Shown one piece after another: positions 9,801-19,229 of a DNA stretch of 35,987 nt. Within the stretch, counting starts at the first letter, position 1; the number at the start of each line of letters is the position of its first letter. Position numbers and translations under genes: made by a program. Under the pieces are notes generated by a model. It saw only the letters and a list, made by a program, of their open reading frames with translations, was not told the origin of the DNA and ran no database searches. Location of the stretch: IMG/VR virus record IMGVR_UViG_3300025108_000175, positions 1 to 35,987 of that record. One strand, written 5' to 3'. This DNA is from a virus. Lineage: Duplodnaviria; Caudoviricetes.

Positions 9801-11746
9801 TTTGTGAAATCATTAGAAGAGAAATCGATTGACGATGCGAAAAACTTTGAGTGCACTTCAGAAGATTTTGAGTTCCAAAAATCAAACACACTCATACTGT
9901 CCAGGTCCCCGTTCTTGATTACACTTTCGTAGTTAAACGGAAGTTGTAAAGAAGAGGTCATAAACTTGAATGAGTTATTCGCACCCCATCCAGGCTCGTT
10001 GATGCCTTCTGCTTCTTTAATAGAAGCAGAACTTAATATATATTTGGCTACACTATTCGCAGCAGTGGAAGACACTCCACATCCCGCTTCATCAAATGTC
10101 CGTGATAGGATAGACGAGACACTGCGAATGAAGTTGTCCATGTTTGGACCAATCTTACAGTTCTGGTAAAATCTACTCTCCTCCCATGGGGGTACTTGGA
10201 GAACGGCATCTCGATAGTAATACCCTGGCTGTACGCCTCTACTATTCTGCTGCTCCCAATAAGCTGTTTCCTTATAAGGGATTCCGCCAATCTTTAAATA
10301 ACCATACTGATGATTTAGTAATTCTAAAATCGCGTCTACCGCGAATCGTACGTTATTATCCTGATTTTGTGGGTCGTAATTGGTTACGGTTATAGGAATT
10401 CCCGACGATTCTAGGGATTTAGTCCATGACGCTTTGAATGCTTTGTATGTCTCTGGACTCTTTCCTAGGTCGGTCTCGGTTTTAAGCGTGTAATATAGAA
10501 GGTTTGGAACATAAGATTCCCACAACTCTTGTAGTCCAGATACAACCGCATTTGGAGTGTATACGGAAGACGGGATGACCATGCCTACCGCATTCGCAAG
10601 TGCCTGTCTTGTACCTTTTGCTTTGTAAAGGTAAATAGCTTGTCTAAGTTGGTCACGCCATTTATCCGGGTCATCAGAGAAAAATGTCCAACCCAAATAC
10701 CTTCCTAAGTACTGTAAAAATTCTTCCGGGCACTGCTCAATATCCAACAAATATTGAATATCCCTAATAGAGGTTTGTACATCATAGAATCCATACGCAA
10801 GTGCCTTGAGCATTTTGCCCATGGGACCAGCGTTCTCCATCCTGCTTACGTCAAGCCCCAGGAGAGACGCGTTAACGATGTCTCTGAAGTATAACGAGTT
10901 AGGGTCGTCTTCATTTACCCATACACTAACAAGCGTGTCTAAGGCGCTTACAAGCTGTCCTCCAGAGGCATAGAAATTGCCTACCTGACCTGGGTCAGGT
11001 TCGTACGTGGAAGAGGGGTTGTTAAACGGGACGGGGACAAACTTTTCACGTACAGAAGCCCATAAAGAGGAGTCTCCTTTAGTGTTCGTGTACATCCACT
11101 TAAATAAGTTTCGTACCCCATCAGAAGTTCGAATTCTCTTTCCGTAGTATAGGTTGTCCATTATAGAGCTATACAGGAAAGAGCTTACAGGAACTGAGTT
11201 AGAGTCAACTACAGTTCCGGGGGTGTTCTGAAAATACACCCAGCCCAGTTTATCAATTAGTGTATTGGCTACCCCAGACATCGTAGTGGCGTTAGGGTCA
11301 ACTGTCGAGCTAAAGCTGCTTCCAAAAAACTCGGTTACAGAATTAAATTGTGTGTGCGGAAGAGCCGATGTTAGAAGGAAGTTAGAAAATTCTTCTTTGG
11401 TGGAAAAACTTCCAAAGGTTTTTCCTAAAGGTCTTAAAACATACTTTTCATAGGTAGTGGGGCTTACATCCGTCAGATTATTGAAAGGTACGAAGTAGGG
11501 GACATATGATTCATTACCGCTAAAAGAAGATACTTGAAGGTTATACGTTGTCGGCGCTCCAATTAAACTTGAAACGTTATTGGCAAGGTAAAGGATAGAC
11601 CCAAGTACACGGTACTGTAAATCCTCCTCGGAACCAAAGAGATTGTACTCGGTTGATTCATAATATTCAGGAACAATACGTCTGATTACTTCAATGTAAT
11701 TAGATTTAAAATGTTGTTGTCCCGCACCTTTATCCGACATCGTCAT
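6863..11746 (-). CDS. Baseplate wedge protein, P2 gpI / T4 gp7-like, with long C-terminal extension (1627 aa)
   Basis: Motif LLDIEQCPEEFLQYLGRYLGW...WRDQLRQAIYLYKAKGTRQAL is typical of P2 I-like tail proteins; VFRQFAPFHT follows later. It sits directly downstream of the gp6/J-like gene. Confidence 0.75.
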   Translation of the reverse strand: MTMSDKGAGQQHFKSNYIEVIRRIVPEYYESTEYNLFGSEEDLQYRVLGSILYLANNVSSLIGAPTTYNLQVSSFSGNESYVPYFVPFNNLTDVSPTTYEKYVLRPLGKTFGSFSTKEEFSNFLLTSALPHTQFNSVTEFFGSSFSSTVDPNATTMSGVANTLIDKLGWVYFQNTPGTVVDSNSVPVSSFLYSSIMDNLYYGKRIRTSDGVRNLFKWMYTNTKGDSSLWASVREKFVPVPFNNPSSTYEPDPGQVGNFYASGGQLVSALDTLVSVWVNEDDPNSLYFRDIVNASLLGLDVSRMENAGPMGKMLKALAYGFYDVQTSIRDIQYLLDIEQCPEEFLQYLGRYLGWTFFSDDPDKWRDQLRQAIYLYKAKGTRQALANAVGMVIPSSVYTPNAVVSGLQELWESYVPNLLYYTLKTETDLGKSPETYKAFKASWTKSLESSGIPITVTNYDPQNQDNNVRFAVDAILELLNHQYGYLKIGGIPYKETAYWEQQNSRGVQPGYYYRDAVLQVPPWEESRFYQNCKIGPNMDNFIRSVSSILSRTFDEAGCGVSSTAANSVAKYILSSASIKEAEGINEPGWGANNSFKFMTSSLQLPFNYESVIKNGDLDSMSVFDFWNSKSSEVHSKFFASSIDFSSNDFTNLAKTKLGRKGIPTIVNVFRQFAPFHTLNKIYVGSSIVDDYWGTRYGPVDDINYDIPWSGIQDIEVVNTIQSDMDQIHSTYTASAFPGAWGAGGSFSGVGVFPSIYNPQSGRFLPSATLHGTKGTTPQGYFWSGGGSEDDLGLKKLIARRTAGRRKDLKYKFTGWAQNRQGLNQPIATDWFGMSGGTLQPVLKGRGLNLPGFVPKGFNFSSQSFVDTRGSLSSVYSYYNTSATPFFEFQASSFFPARAIPDFEPNASSFNQLRDVFGSQILRAMTNIFVRRGRKDARWYRFTDQGFENFKFGTGVQKLYWDYNNTFRRQLQCWVDQETQVDGDRYAGGFNILAHVFGPLLFNHNFSIKGKIQDNLGAKSFPGSYGGSISSLNPDWSAVAATPATRNNIYINTLGNNATLTDGILAAGAYGTYENTLDVFERPSELYQSNRTILSGVDFVAPKIDAFAVWNNPSNPSYNIDSISPSGITMVQQHGTDSPFQAVRTRFTLDGNMNYSYNGQLKFPPKDLQTLRSKSLSAIAGWQIQDENRTPVINQAGHLSHPASDSYFVDPAGSGIPYVALAGKGGTSGPGTLGVVSGVLGTAQTPNLATVVNTTERQTPANLRPLTPSNSYRLSVDASCASLSTNQRFSYALFNRTQNKQWIQPTTQYATNTVGQWRDIDSTLSSNLVNIMTSGTVRPETNFGTFVGIITPSSTFNQNDNYELIISPASKTKGSVTPYKIKNIRIENYEQGITNITAGRQGNKLFKDEEYLLGIDARVARIAAAQTYPDENLYVRVVTDPKPFVGNGWNSFAKSWCYDWAAKSWSSSKETSNDRQWKRLTFPGSSIEPTRHVLEFNTHNSRTPLKYHSLSKDGPLGGYFASAGPVHDNQTVYYVEVAKMDRTGEFNGVTLLGVDIVNKRYNVYAEDYSKKDFVDIFDFFDGLNISKSSRDARDSSGTYLLSGGSRSEYLEYWGGSHSATNGVYGFREND

Positions 11747-11748
11747 GG

Positions 11749-13377
11749 TTATACAAGCTCCGTAGTAAATTCAAAGTTGTTCAGTTGAACAATTTCATTA
11801 AAGTTCACGTAAATGTTTTCTGGGAGATTGTTTACTTGGAAGAATCTAATCTCAGGAACAGTTAACATGAAATTATTCAGTTCGGCCATGCTTATCTTTT
11901 CACCGAAAGCTAAGTTATCGACATTAAAAAACTCAAGCAATTTATCTGCTGCTTTTTGCTGAATCGAATCAATGAATCTCTTATTAGATTTATCAATATA
12001 AAGGGTTGCTACCAAATCTAACGTTCTTACTACTCCGTCAGAGATGACTATATCATCCGTCAACATCTTATAGTTCTGGAAATAATCTAATAATTCTTTC
12101 TTCATCGCCACGGACGCCCTTTCCAGTTGGTTGTTCGACGCTTTTGATAATACGAACAAATCTATAACATTGGCTGCGGCTCCGTTAGTCCGTAATGAAG
12201 CCATAGCTTTGGCGGTAGTTCCCCCCGTACCCACAAAAGAATTAGCAAGGGTATTATAATCTTCCCCTGTTACTGCTCGATATTGAGTCCTGAAGAAGTA
12301 CGGCGCGTATCGTTTGGCGTGTTCTACCGACTCGGGCGGGTTTCCTCCGGAACCTTTAGTTGTGTTTGTTATGGTAGCATCTACCGGGGTTGCAGTAGGA
12401 CCATTAAAACATCTAATAGTACTGTTTAGAGTTCCTCGTGCAATGTTTCCGTTACCCCCACCTCCGGTTCGATAAGTAACTACAAAAGACGTTCCTGGAG
12501 TTGGCAGCTTTCCTCTGACTCCGTCCCCAAAAGTAAGGACACATCCAAACCCTCCCGTATAAGTTTTTTCGAAAACAGGAGTGCCTCCTCCCGAGGCGAG
12601 GAATAAGTTACTGATTTCGTTATACAGAGTACCCCCACCTTCAGTGGACGAAACACCGATACTACCTTCAATCACAGGTCCATCGGTAATCTCAAAGGTT
12701 TGTCGGGTTTTAACCCCCCCTCTAAATGTCCCGTTTGCCGTATTAAATGCTCCTTCAACCAAAAACAAACTACTTGCTACTTGACCTTCAAAATCAGCAG
12801 AACCTAAGGATAAGTCCTTAGAAAATAAATCTAAAGTTCCGTCTGTTAACTGCTTGGTTACGGTGTATGCCAATGGAACATTGCTACGCTGATTAATCAC
12901 CTCAATTGTTCTGGAGGCTTGATTAATCACAACAGAAGGAACTGGTGTAGTGCTATCTGGAAATGTTAATAGTCCCGTGGCTTTAGACGCAGTGGGACCT
13001 TTCATACGAACCCCAATAAGCTCCAAAAGCCTTTTTAGATTATCCTCGCTCTTTACAGTATCAATGTACATTTCATTGGCTGTCATATCAGTCCGCAAAG
13101 CAAGTACGGAAGACATATAAGCAAACATTTCTAGCAGCATCTGTCCCAGGTCAGAGGCGGCAAAGTTATTGTAGTCCAGTGGATAGACCGATTTTAAGTA
13201 ATCTTGTAAAGCTTTACGATACTGGTCAAACCCATTGATATTATAATCAATAAGGTCGGATTTTCGGTCATCGGGTACCTGACCTAACTTTAAAAAGTCG
13301 GACTCAATGGACCCATCAAAGCCTGATATGTTATACAAGCCTTTAAAATAACGGGAATAATTAGTGTTGGTTGGCAT
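11749..13377 (-). CDS. Baseplate wedge subunit, T4 gp6 / P2 gpJ-like
   Basis: Motifs DYNNFAASDLGQMLLEMFAY, LTFGDGVRGKLP, VTYRTGGGGNGN and GG..PESVEHAKRYAP..FRTQYRAVTGEDY; follows the gp25-like gene. Confidence 0.92.
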   Translation of the reverse strand: MPTNTNYSRYFKGLYNISGFDGSIESDFLKLGQVPDDRKSDLIDYNINGFDQYRKALQDYLKSVYPLDYNNFAASDLGQMLLEMFAYMSSVLALRTDMTANEMYIDTVKSEDNLKRLLELIGVRMKGPTASKATGLLTFPDSTTPVPSVVINQASRTIEVINQRSNVPLAYTVTKQLTDGTLDLFSKDLSLGSADFEGQVASSLFLVEGAFNTANGTFRGGVKTRQTFEITDGPVIEGSIGVSSTEGGGTLYNEISNLFLASGGGTPVFEKTYTGGFGCVLTFGDGVRGKLPTPGTSFVVTYRTGGGGNGNIARGTLNSTIRCFNGPTATPVDATITNTTKGSGGNPPESVEHAKRYAPYFFRTQYRAVTGEDYNTLANSFVGTGGTTAKAMASLRTNGAAANVIDLFVLSKASNNQLERASVAMKKELLDYFQNYKMLTDDIVISDGVVRTLDLVATLYIDKSNKRFIDSIQQKAADKLLEFFNVDNLAFGEKISMAELNNFMLTVPEIRFFQVNNLPENIYVNFNEIVQLNNFEFTTELV

Positions 13378-13379
13378 AA

Positions 13380-13790
13380 TTATATGAGAACCTCCACCAG
13401 TTCTCCGTTTAGCAAATCATCTTTCGATGTAATATAAAGTTCTACTTTTAAAGTATGGTTTTCGTAGTCGGGAGTCAAAGAAATACGCTTAACAATAACT
13501 CTCGGTTCATATTTAGAAATAGTTTCTAAAATCTGACTCCTTAAAGTGTCAATTAGGTCGTCAGTAAACTGTTCAAATACGGAAGCTCTCAAGTCAGTCC
13601 CAAAATCTGGTCTCATAACTCTCGCCCCTCTTCCAGTCATAATCAACTGAATAACGCAATCCCTCAATGACCTTAGATTTTCGTTCTGTGCAACGTAACC
13701 TCCAATTCCCTGTTTCATCATCGGGAATGCTACGCCAAAAATATTTTTCTTGGCGTTAGTTTTTACGTAGGTTAAATCGAAATTAGTCAT
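13380..13790 (-). CDS. Baseplate wedge subunit, T4 gp25 / GPW-like
   Basis: Motifs LIMTGRGARVMRPDFGTDL..VFE and ISKYEPRV; 136 aa. Confidence 0.93.
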   Translation of the reverse strand: MTNFDLTYVKTNAKKNIFGVAFPMMKQGIGGYVAQNENLRSLRDCVIQLIMTGRGARVMRPDFGTDLRASVFEQFTDDLIDTLRSQILETISKYEPRVIVKRISLTPDYENHTLKVELYITSKDDLLNGELVEVLI

Positions 13791-16700
13791 TTATTCTGGG
13801 CTTGATATTAAGATATTGTGAAAGAATCCTTTCTGGCTATCATAATTTATTTTAGCTTCAGAAGTATTTAGAGGTCGAGAATAAATCTTAAAACTACCGA
13901 TAAAGCCATCTAAGCCACTGCGGGGAATCTGTCTTCTTGCGGGGTGAGTTCCTCCTGTTCCTCCTGATAGGGGAGGGTCATGCTGACCCACGGGATAATC
14001 CCCCAAATTTCCCAAAGTGATTGAGCTTACGGAATCACCTTTTTGTGTCTGCTGATGGAAGTTATTTGCGTTGCTCCCTAGAAACCCTTGGGGTCTAGAG
14101 CTGGTGCCGGGGATTCTTGGAATGTTATCCGTATACCCACCACCAATAATCCAAGGGGTGAATACTGGGAATGCTACTCGCTCCGGGGTACACCTCTCAT
14201 CATAAACCGTATTTCCTAAAAAGCTCTCGGTCGTAGGGTCATTAAAACTAATAACATCAGTTTGGTTCTCTAGATTCATTTTTACTGCCGTTGGAAGCAC
14301 TGTATCATTAGGGGAGCCTCCCAATACGTCAGTTAATGAAGAGGTGGTAAGTAATTCTCCATCAAAATGGAAATCTACTTTCTCTTTATTGTAGTCAAAA
14401 GATATATTGATATGGTGGTATCCCGAGCTAACGTCCTGGATTCCATAGCCACTTGAAGTTAGGACCGAACTAGGAATAAACATTCCTACTTGGGTAGTTT
14501 CTCCTGGCGGAGGTGTAATTCCTGCGGAGGCGGCCCATCGCTCGGCTAAACACACACTATGTCCCCAAGATGTTTGTGGAGTGGTTGTATAAGATTGGTT
14601 TTGTCCTACAGTAGGCGCAATACAAAACTCCAACCCGCTTGAATAAAAAGGATATGCCCCCAAAGTGTTAGTTTTTGGGGAGCCCTGGTCTCTCCAACCC
14701 ATTATCATACCTATAGTTCTAGCAAAGTTAGTGCCTCCAGCTTTCGACTGAGTGGATGCGGCTACATAATTGGATGCTACAGGACCACTGTTCTCATTAG
14801 CAAACGCTAACCTGTACCTATGAGTATCCGTCATATTCTTGTGTACATTAGGCACGTAAGCCCAGAAATCAATCGAAATTCCCTTCTTACTGTAGAATAA
14901 ATTATCTAAAGGTCTAACTCCGTTGAATGGGATATTAGGTTCAAGTAAATTGTAGTTTCTTGTAGAGTTAGGTAGTCGAGCATAAGACCCAGAGACATTA
15001 GCCCATAAAGGATTTTGGGATTCGCGTTCATCAAATATGGTTCCTGCGAAATAAGCTTGACCAACACCCGAAGGAAATACTAGTGATTTATCCCACCCCA
15101 CTAATTTTGCGTCGAGACGGGTCGAACCTTCGGCTGCATTATTTAAAGCGTATAAAGTTCCAGACGGTTGGGTGACGGCGTCTGGGTCTAGGAAATTGTA
15201 ACACGCCAATAGACCATCAGACACAATATCATCAGTTAAGGATTTATACAAAGGAGTTGTTGCACTCAAACTGCCGTAGGTTTGTCTGTGAGTCCAGTCT
15301 CCCAAACCAATAGGGTCTACCGCCAACGAGTCCACGGACCGAACGGGGCGGTCAGTTGGAGCCACCACATACCGAGCTTGATATGGAACGATAACGGTGT
15401 TTAGGTCCTCTGAGAATAGGGTTATATTTTTTTGTGCGTTTAAAGGAATATCCGATTGCTTTAAGTAGGAGAAATCGTTAACGGGGATTCGGGGAATTTG
15501 TTTCCAACTACCAACTTTAGCCAAAATGTTTTCTGGTAACTGAACATCCACTACTTGTTTTGACTGGGTATTATACGGAACTGTCTGACCTCCTTCTAGA
15601 GTGTAGAAAGTTACGCTTTTTAGTTTGTCGGGTAATTCCTTATACTGTAACTTGTACTCAAAAGCTTTGCCTTGCGGGGGTTCGTACTGAAAGAATAGAC
15701 CTTCACCGAGAGGGTGGGTTCTATTGGTTACTGCGAAATCGTTTCTCCCGTAAACCGCTGCGATTGTCAGCTGTCTCTTTCTCTTTTTTATCTTTCCATC
15801 ATACACAGATGCCACAGCGCCTAGCTGCGCGGTATAGGACTGGACAATCGCGTCTGTGGGACCGTACCCGTTTGCTAGAATCTCGCTGATATATCCGGAA
15901 ACCTCGGTCATATGAGACATTTTATCGTCTTCAAACTGTTGAAGAATATCATCAAATTCAAGAAAGTCTTTAACTCTGGGGTTCTCTTTTTCGTATGCCT
16001 TGTTTAAATCAAAAATAGTATTTACAGTGCTCTCTCCATCCTCTTCCGTAAAAGATAAACCGCGTCCACCCCTATTAGAATCGTATTGAAGGTTCCACAT
16101 ATTAGCAGACACGGGGTACGGAACTATGTCAGGGACTTTAGCTGTTCTAGAGTTATAATAAAGACCGTCTTGTGATAGCACGAACCTATCTGTAGTAGAG
16201 ATAGGGGGACCAAAATCTAGGTCAAACACGGGGTCCAAATCCCCCAAGATACCTGAAGCCTGTGCTTTCAGTGTATTGAGTATACGTTGGTTCGCAACAA
16301 AAGGAGCAATGATTTTGTTCTGAATAAGATTTTCGTTGGCATCAAGAGCCGCATCCAATTTTTCTTTGGCAAACTCAGGAATATCGTCCAAATTCAAGGC
16401 TGAAAAATTAAGAGCTGGGTTTGGCAGCTCGCCATTTGCTCTCCGCTCTAAAATAAGAGAAATCAAATCAATTGTGGTATCTATCTGCTTAATTCCCGCT
16501 GCAATCTCGGATGCGGCTATCTGTAATACCGATATTTTTCCTGTAGTTATATTACTTGTAGGCGTTTCGGTAGTAGAGAAGTATGAGTTTACTTCTGAGG
16601 ACATTTCAGCGATGTCCTGTGAAGATGTTTCAGGTGGAACGGTGCCGGGCACATATACGGGCGCTCCATTGGGGTTCATTTCTGAGTTATTAAGTAAGGA

Positions 16701-16961
16701 CGCTCCGTTAGAGACTGATACAGCAGGAGCACTCATAGATTCCTGTGTGGTTGCAGCGGATGGACCTTCGCCGTTAGCGACTTGAATTCTACCTGCTACT
16801 GGGTTTCGTAAAACTGACGTCCCTGAGAGTTTGGCGATTTTATTGTTAGCCGTTGCCAAAGAAACTTGTTTTGCCTCTTTATCTACAAGCAAGGAATTGC
16901 TTAACCCCGTCAATGCCTGTGATGGCATCAAGTTAAGAGATTTTTCTGTGAATAACGTCAT
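13791..16961 (-). CDS. Virion structural protein with C-terminal LamG/concanavalin A-like domain
   Basis: LamG-like motifs GISIDFWAYVP, YHHINISFDY...FHFDGELL and GFIGSFKIYSRPLNTSEAKINY; helical N-terminal half; located within the baseplate block. Confidence 0.7.
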   Translation of the reverse strand: MTLFTEKSLNLMPSQALTGLSNSLLVDKEAKQVSLATANNKIAKLSGTSVLRNPVAGRIQVANGEGPSAATTQESMSAPAVSVSNGASLLNNSEMNPNGAPVYVPGTVPPETSSQDIAEMSSEVNSYFSTTETPTSNITTGKISVLQIAASEIAAGIKQIDTTIDLISLILERRANGELPNPALNFSALNLDDIPEFAKEKLDAALDANENLIQNKIIAPFVANQRILNTLKAQASGILGDLDPVFDLDFGPPISTTDRFVLSQDGLYYNSRTAKVPDIVPYPVSANMWNLQYDSNRGGRGLSFTEEDGESTVNTIFDLNKAYEKENPRVKDFLEFDDILQQFEDDKMSHMTEVSGYISEILANGYGPTDAIVQSYTAQLGAVASVYDGKIKKRKRQLTIAAVYGRNDFAVTNRTHPLGEGLFFQYEPPQGKAFEYKLQYKELPDKLKSVTFYTLEGGQTVPYNTQSKQVVDVQLPENILAKVGSWKQIPRIPVNDFSYLKQSDIPLNAQKNITLFSEDLNTVIVPYQARYVVAPTDRPVRSVDSLAVDPIGLGDWTHRQTYGSLSATTPLYKSLTDDIVSDGLLACYNFLDPDAVTQPSGTLYALNNAAEGSTRLDAKLVGWDKSLVFPSGVGQAYFAGTIFDERESQNPLWANVSGSYARLPNSTRNYNLLEPNIPFNGVRPLDNLFYSKKGISIDFWAYVPNVHKNMTDTHRYRLAFANENSGPVASNYVAASTQSKAGGTNFARTIGMIMGWRDQGSPKTNTLGAYPFYSSGLEFCIAPTVGQNQSYTTTPQTSWGHSVCLAERWAASAGITPPPGETTQVGMFIPSSVLTSSGYGIQDVSSGYHHINISFDYNKEKVDFHFDGELLTTSSLTDVLGGSPNDTVLPTAVKMNLENQTDVISFNDPTTESFLGNTVYDERCTPERVAFPVFTPWIIGGGYTDNIPRIPGTSSRPQGFLGSNANNFHQQTQKGDSVSSITLGNLGDYPVGQHDPPLSGGTGGTHPARRQIPRSGLDGFIGSFKIYSRPLNTSEAKINYDSQKGFFHNILISSPE

Positions 16962-16971
16962 TAGTCTATTA

Positions 16972-16978
16972 TATTTAG
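16972..16978 (-). promoter_or_regulatory. Putative late promoter CTAAATA
   Basis: CTAAATAtaatagactaATG before the LamG gene; resembles the T4-type late -10 element. Confidence 0.55.
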
Positions 16979-18108
16979 GTTATTGTTCCGTTGAGCCAAA
17001 ATCCTGGCATTTGTCTGGCGGTAAGGGCTTCTGTTGCGGTTGGTATGGTTGATTCAAAATTGTGCAGCCTAACTGCCAACCACTGTCCTTTGTCTACTAA
17101 CAACGGTCCTATATCCTTTAAAAGCCCATTTATTTCTAAATCAGAGGCTACGCCTCCTGTGAACCTAACGTACTTTCTGATATATCTGGTTGCGGGGGGA
17201 TTACCTTCAGTGTGCAACATTATAGAATACATAAATTTAGTTGTGGAAATTCCTCCCCAGGGGTACGCGCTTCTAAAATCTAAATTCTCTAAACTAAAAG
17301 AAGTAAACGAAGAGGTGTTAAATGGGGGTTTGTTTAGGGTGGGGGAGTTACTGCGGAAATCTAAAAGGGTTATGTCCTGGTAATTGCCGTAAATCTCAGT
17401 AGCCTTTAACTCAATATCATTAAGACTTGCTCGATGAAAATATTGGGAGGAAGGAGTGAATTCATCAAGTTCAATGCGAATCTTGGCGACAGGCTGCGTT
17501 GAGTTATACCAGTTATCGACCCACTGTCCGAGACGTGCGGCGATGGCAGTTGGATTGCCAGCGGGCAGGGTCTGTAGTTCTCCAGATAAATCAGCGTTAA
17601 GCAGTCTTACTTTTAAATCTTCCCATGGCTGTAATACGAATTTATCGTCATAATGTATATCGTTAGCACCTTCTTCGAGACCAGCGGTAGGACCCCATTG
17701 ATTCAGTTTCCATTCTACATCATTGCTTGCGGAGAAAGCAAAGAAGTTTTGGGTTAGATTGTTAAGAGGTTGGGTTGCAATATAAGGCTGTACTCTCACA
17801 TTCCCGAAAAATGCGGTGTACGGACTTCCCCCTCCCGGGCCAGCAACACTATTAGGATTTATATTACTATAGGTCCATAAAGGTTCAATACTTAACTTGC
17901 TTATAATTTTTGGAGTTGGGGGGAATGCTCCGTTAGACTGTGGGTCCCTATTCCTATACACTGTTTGGCTACCGGAAACCGTGTCTAATTGGTACGTCTG
18001 TCCGAAGTATGGGGACAAATCATCCGCATTCCTATCGGGGGTATCTCTAGTATTCCCCCAAAAGCAAAGAGAGCTTCCGTATATTTCTTTTTCTATGACT
18101 GTAACCAT
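16975..18108 (-). CDS. Hypothetical protein, probably virion/baseplate-associated
   Basis: 377-aa ORF starting 2 nt after the spike gene stop; no family recognised. Confidence 0.6.
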   Translation of the reverse strand: MVTVIEKEIYGSSLCFWGNTRDTPDRNADDLSPYFGQTYQLDTVSGSQTVYRNRDPQSNGAFPPTPKIISKLSIEPLWTYSNINPNSVAGPGGGSPYTAFFGNVRVQPYIATQPLNNLTQNFFAFSASNDVEWKLNQWGPTAGLEEGANDIHYDDKFVLQPWEDLKVRLLNADLSGELQTLPAGNPTAIAARLGQWVDNWYNSTQPVAKIRIELDEFTPSSQYFHRASLNDIELKATEIYGNYQDITLLDFRSNSPTLNKPPFNTSSFTSFSLENLDFRSAYPWGGISTTKFMYSIMLHTEGNPPATRYIRKYVRFTGGVASDLEINGLLKDIGPLLVDKGQWLAVRLHNFESTIPTATEALTARQMPGFWLNGTIT

Positions 18109-18110
18109 GG

Positions 18111-19229
18111 TTATGGGGATGGTGGCTGAGTTGGCACGGTGCCGAGTGGTACGTTGGTGTCAGTGTATGGGTGCGTATGGTTGTTGAGTGAGGTTTGTTC
18201 GATAACCACATCTCCATTAGGACCATTAATATTAATAGCATCGGGAGTCATAACGATACTACAAGCCCCACATTTTATAGTGATTCCTGCTTCCGCTTCT
18301 AATACAATGTGTCCATTATGTGACGTTAGTTCTATATCACCTAACCCCAAGTTATCTACGGAGAAGTGTTTTGTACTTCTTTTGCTGATGGTGTGCTCCA
18401 TCGCTCCCGTCTCGGTATTTACTTCTACATTTCCCCCTACACTTGTTATAATGGAATCATCTCCCACATTTCCATGACCAACGCTTGTGATTTTTACCTG
18501 ATTATTATTCTCGTCAACGAGGGTAATATTTTCTCCTCCCGTGGGGGCGGGAGCATCACTCATAACAAGTCTCTTGTTTCCTCCCGTCTTTAATTTAATT
18601 TCGTTTGTTTTACGTTCAGACGTGTTCTTATCTGTTAAGGATATACTGTGTCCTTTTGGGTGTTTTAATACGAAAGAATCGGGGAGGTCATTATCCCGAT
18701 AAACATCCGACTCGTTAGGTACCCCATAAGAGACAGTGGGGTCATTGGGGGGAGCCTCACCATTATCCATTACTTCGTTTTTCGGAAGTTGAGAAGCTTC
18801 TCCTAAAATATAAGGTTGAGTTTTAGTGTCGGGTAGGTCAGCCTGACCCGGAGCATACAAACAGCCCAGCCAGATATTTTGAGAAGGCGGGTCGTTGGAT
18901 GCTACTCGAGCTACCAGAACCGTTGCACCTATTCCTGGTACAGCAAAAAAACCATAACCAGCTCCAGCAATTGGAGATACATAATCACATGTTTGTGCGC
19001 CTTCGGGGAATGCGGGGGAAGTAACCCGAATTCTACCTGCTCTTTGTTCATCAAGAGTTTGTACTACTGTGCCTAAAGCAAAAAAGCCGTGCCTTTGGGA
19101 AGTTCTCGACGTGACTTCCTCTTGTACTGGAGTCTCGTCGCCAAACGGCAACATACTATCAAGCGTGTTTCTCGCATAATTCGCCAACCAGGAACGCCTA
19201 GCTTCGATATCACTTTTCTTAATAGGCAT
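18111..19229 (-). CDS. Baseplate central spike (gp5/gpV-like OB fold, beta-helix, HxH tip)
   Basis: OB-fold motifs GTVVQTLDEQRAGRIRV and GYGFFAVPGIGATVLV; Gly-rich beta repeats; C-terminal NNHTHP. AAGGAGGT Shine-Dalgarno upstream. Confidence 0.88.
   Translation of the reverse strand: MPIKKSDIEARRSWLANYARNTLDSMLPFGDETPVQEEVTSRTSQRHGFFALGTVVQTLDEQRAGRIRVTSPAFPEGAQTCDYVSPIAGAGYGFFAVPGIGATVLVARVASNDPPSQNIWLGCLYAPGQADLPDTKTQPYILGEASQLPKNEVMDNGEAPPNDPTVSYGVPNESDVYRDNDLPDSFVLKHPKGHSISLTDKNTSERKTNEIKLKTGGNKRLVMSDAPAPTGGENITLVDENNNQVKITSVGHGNVGDDSIITSVGGNVEVNTETGAMEHTISKRSTKHFSVDNLGLGDIELTSHNGHIVLEAEAGITIKCGACSIVMTPDAININGPNGDVVIEQTSLNNHTHPYTDTNVPLGTVPTQPPSP

Noticed and set aside
12714-12720. C7 homopolymer in the gp6-like gene as a phase-variation tract
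   Set aside because: It is short, encodes Gly-Gly-Val in an intact essential gene, and shows no sign of variation.
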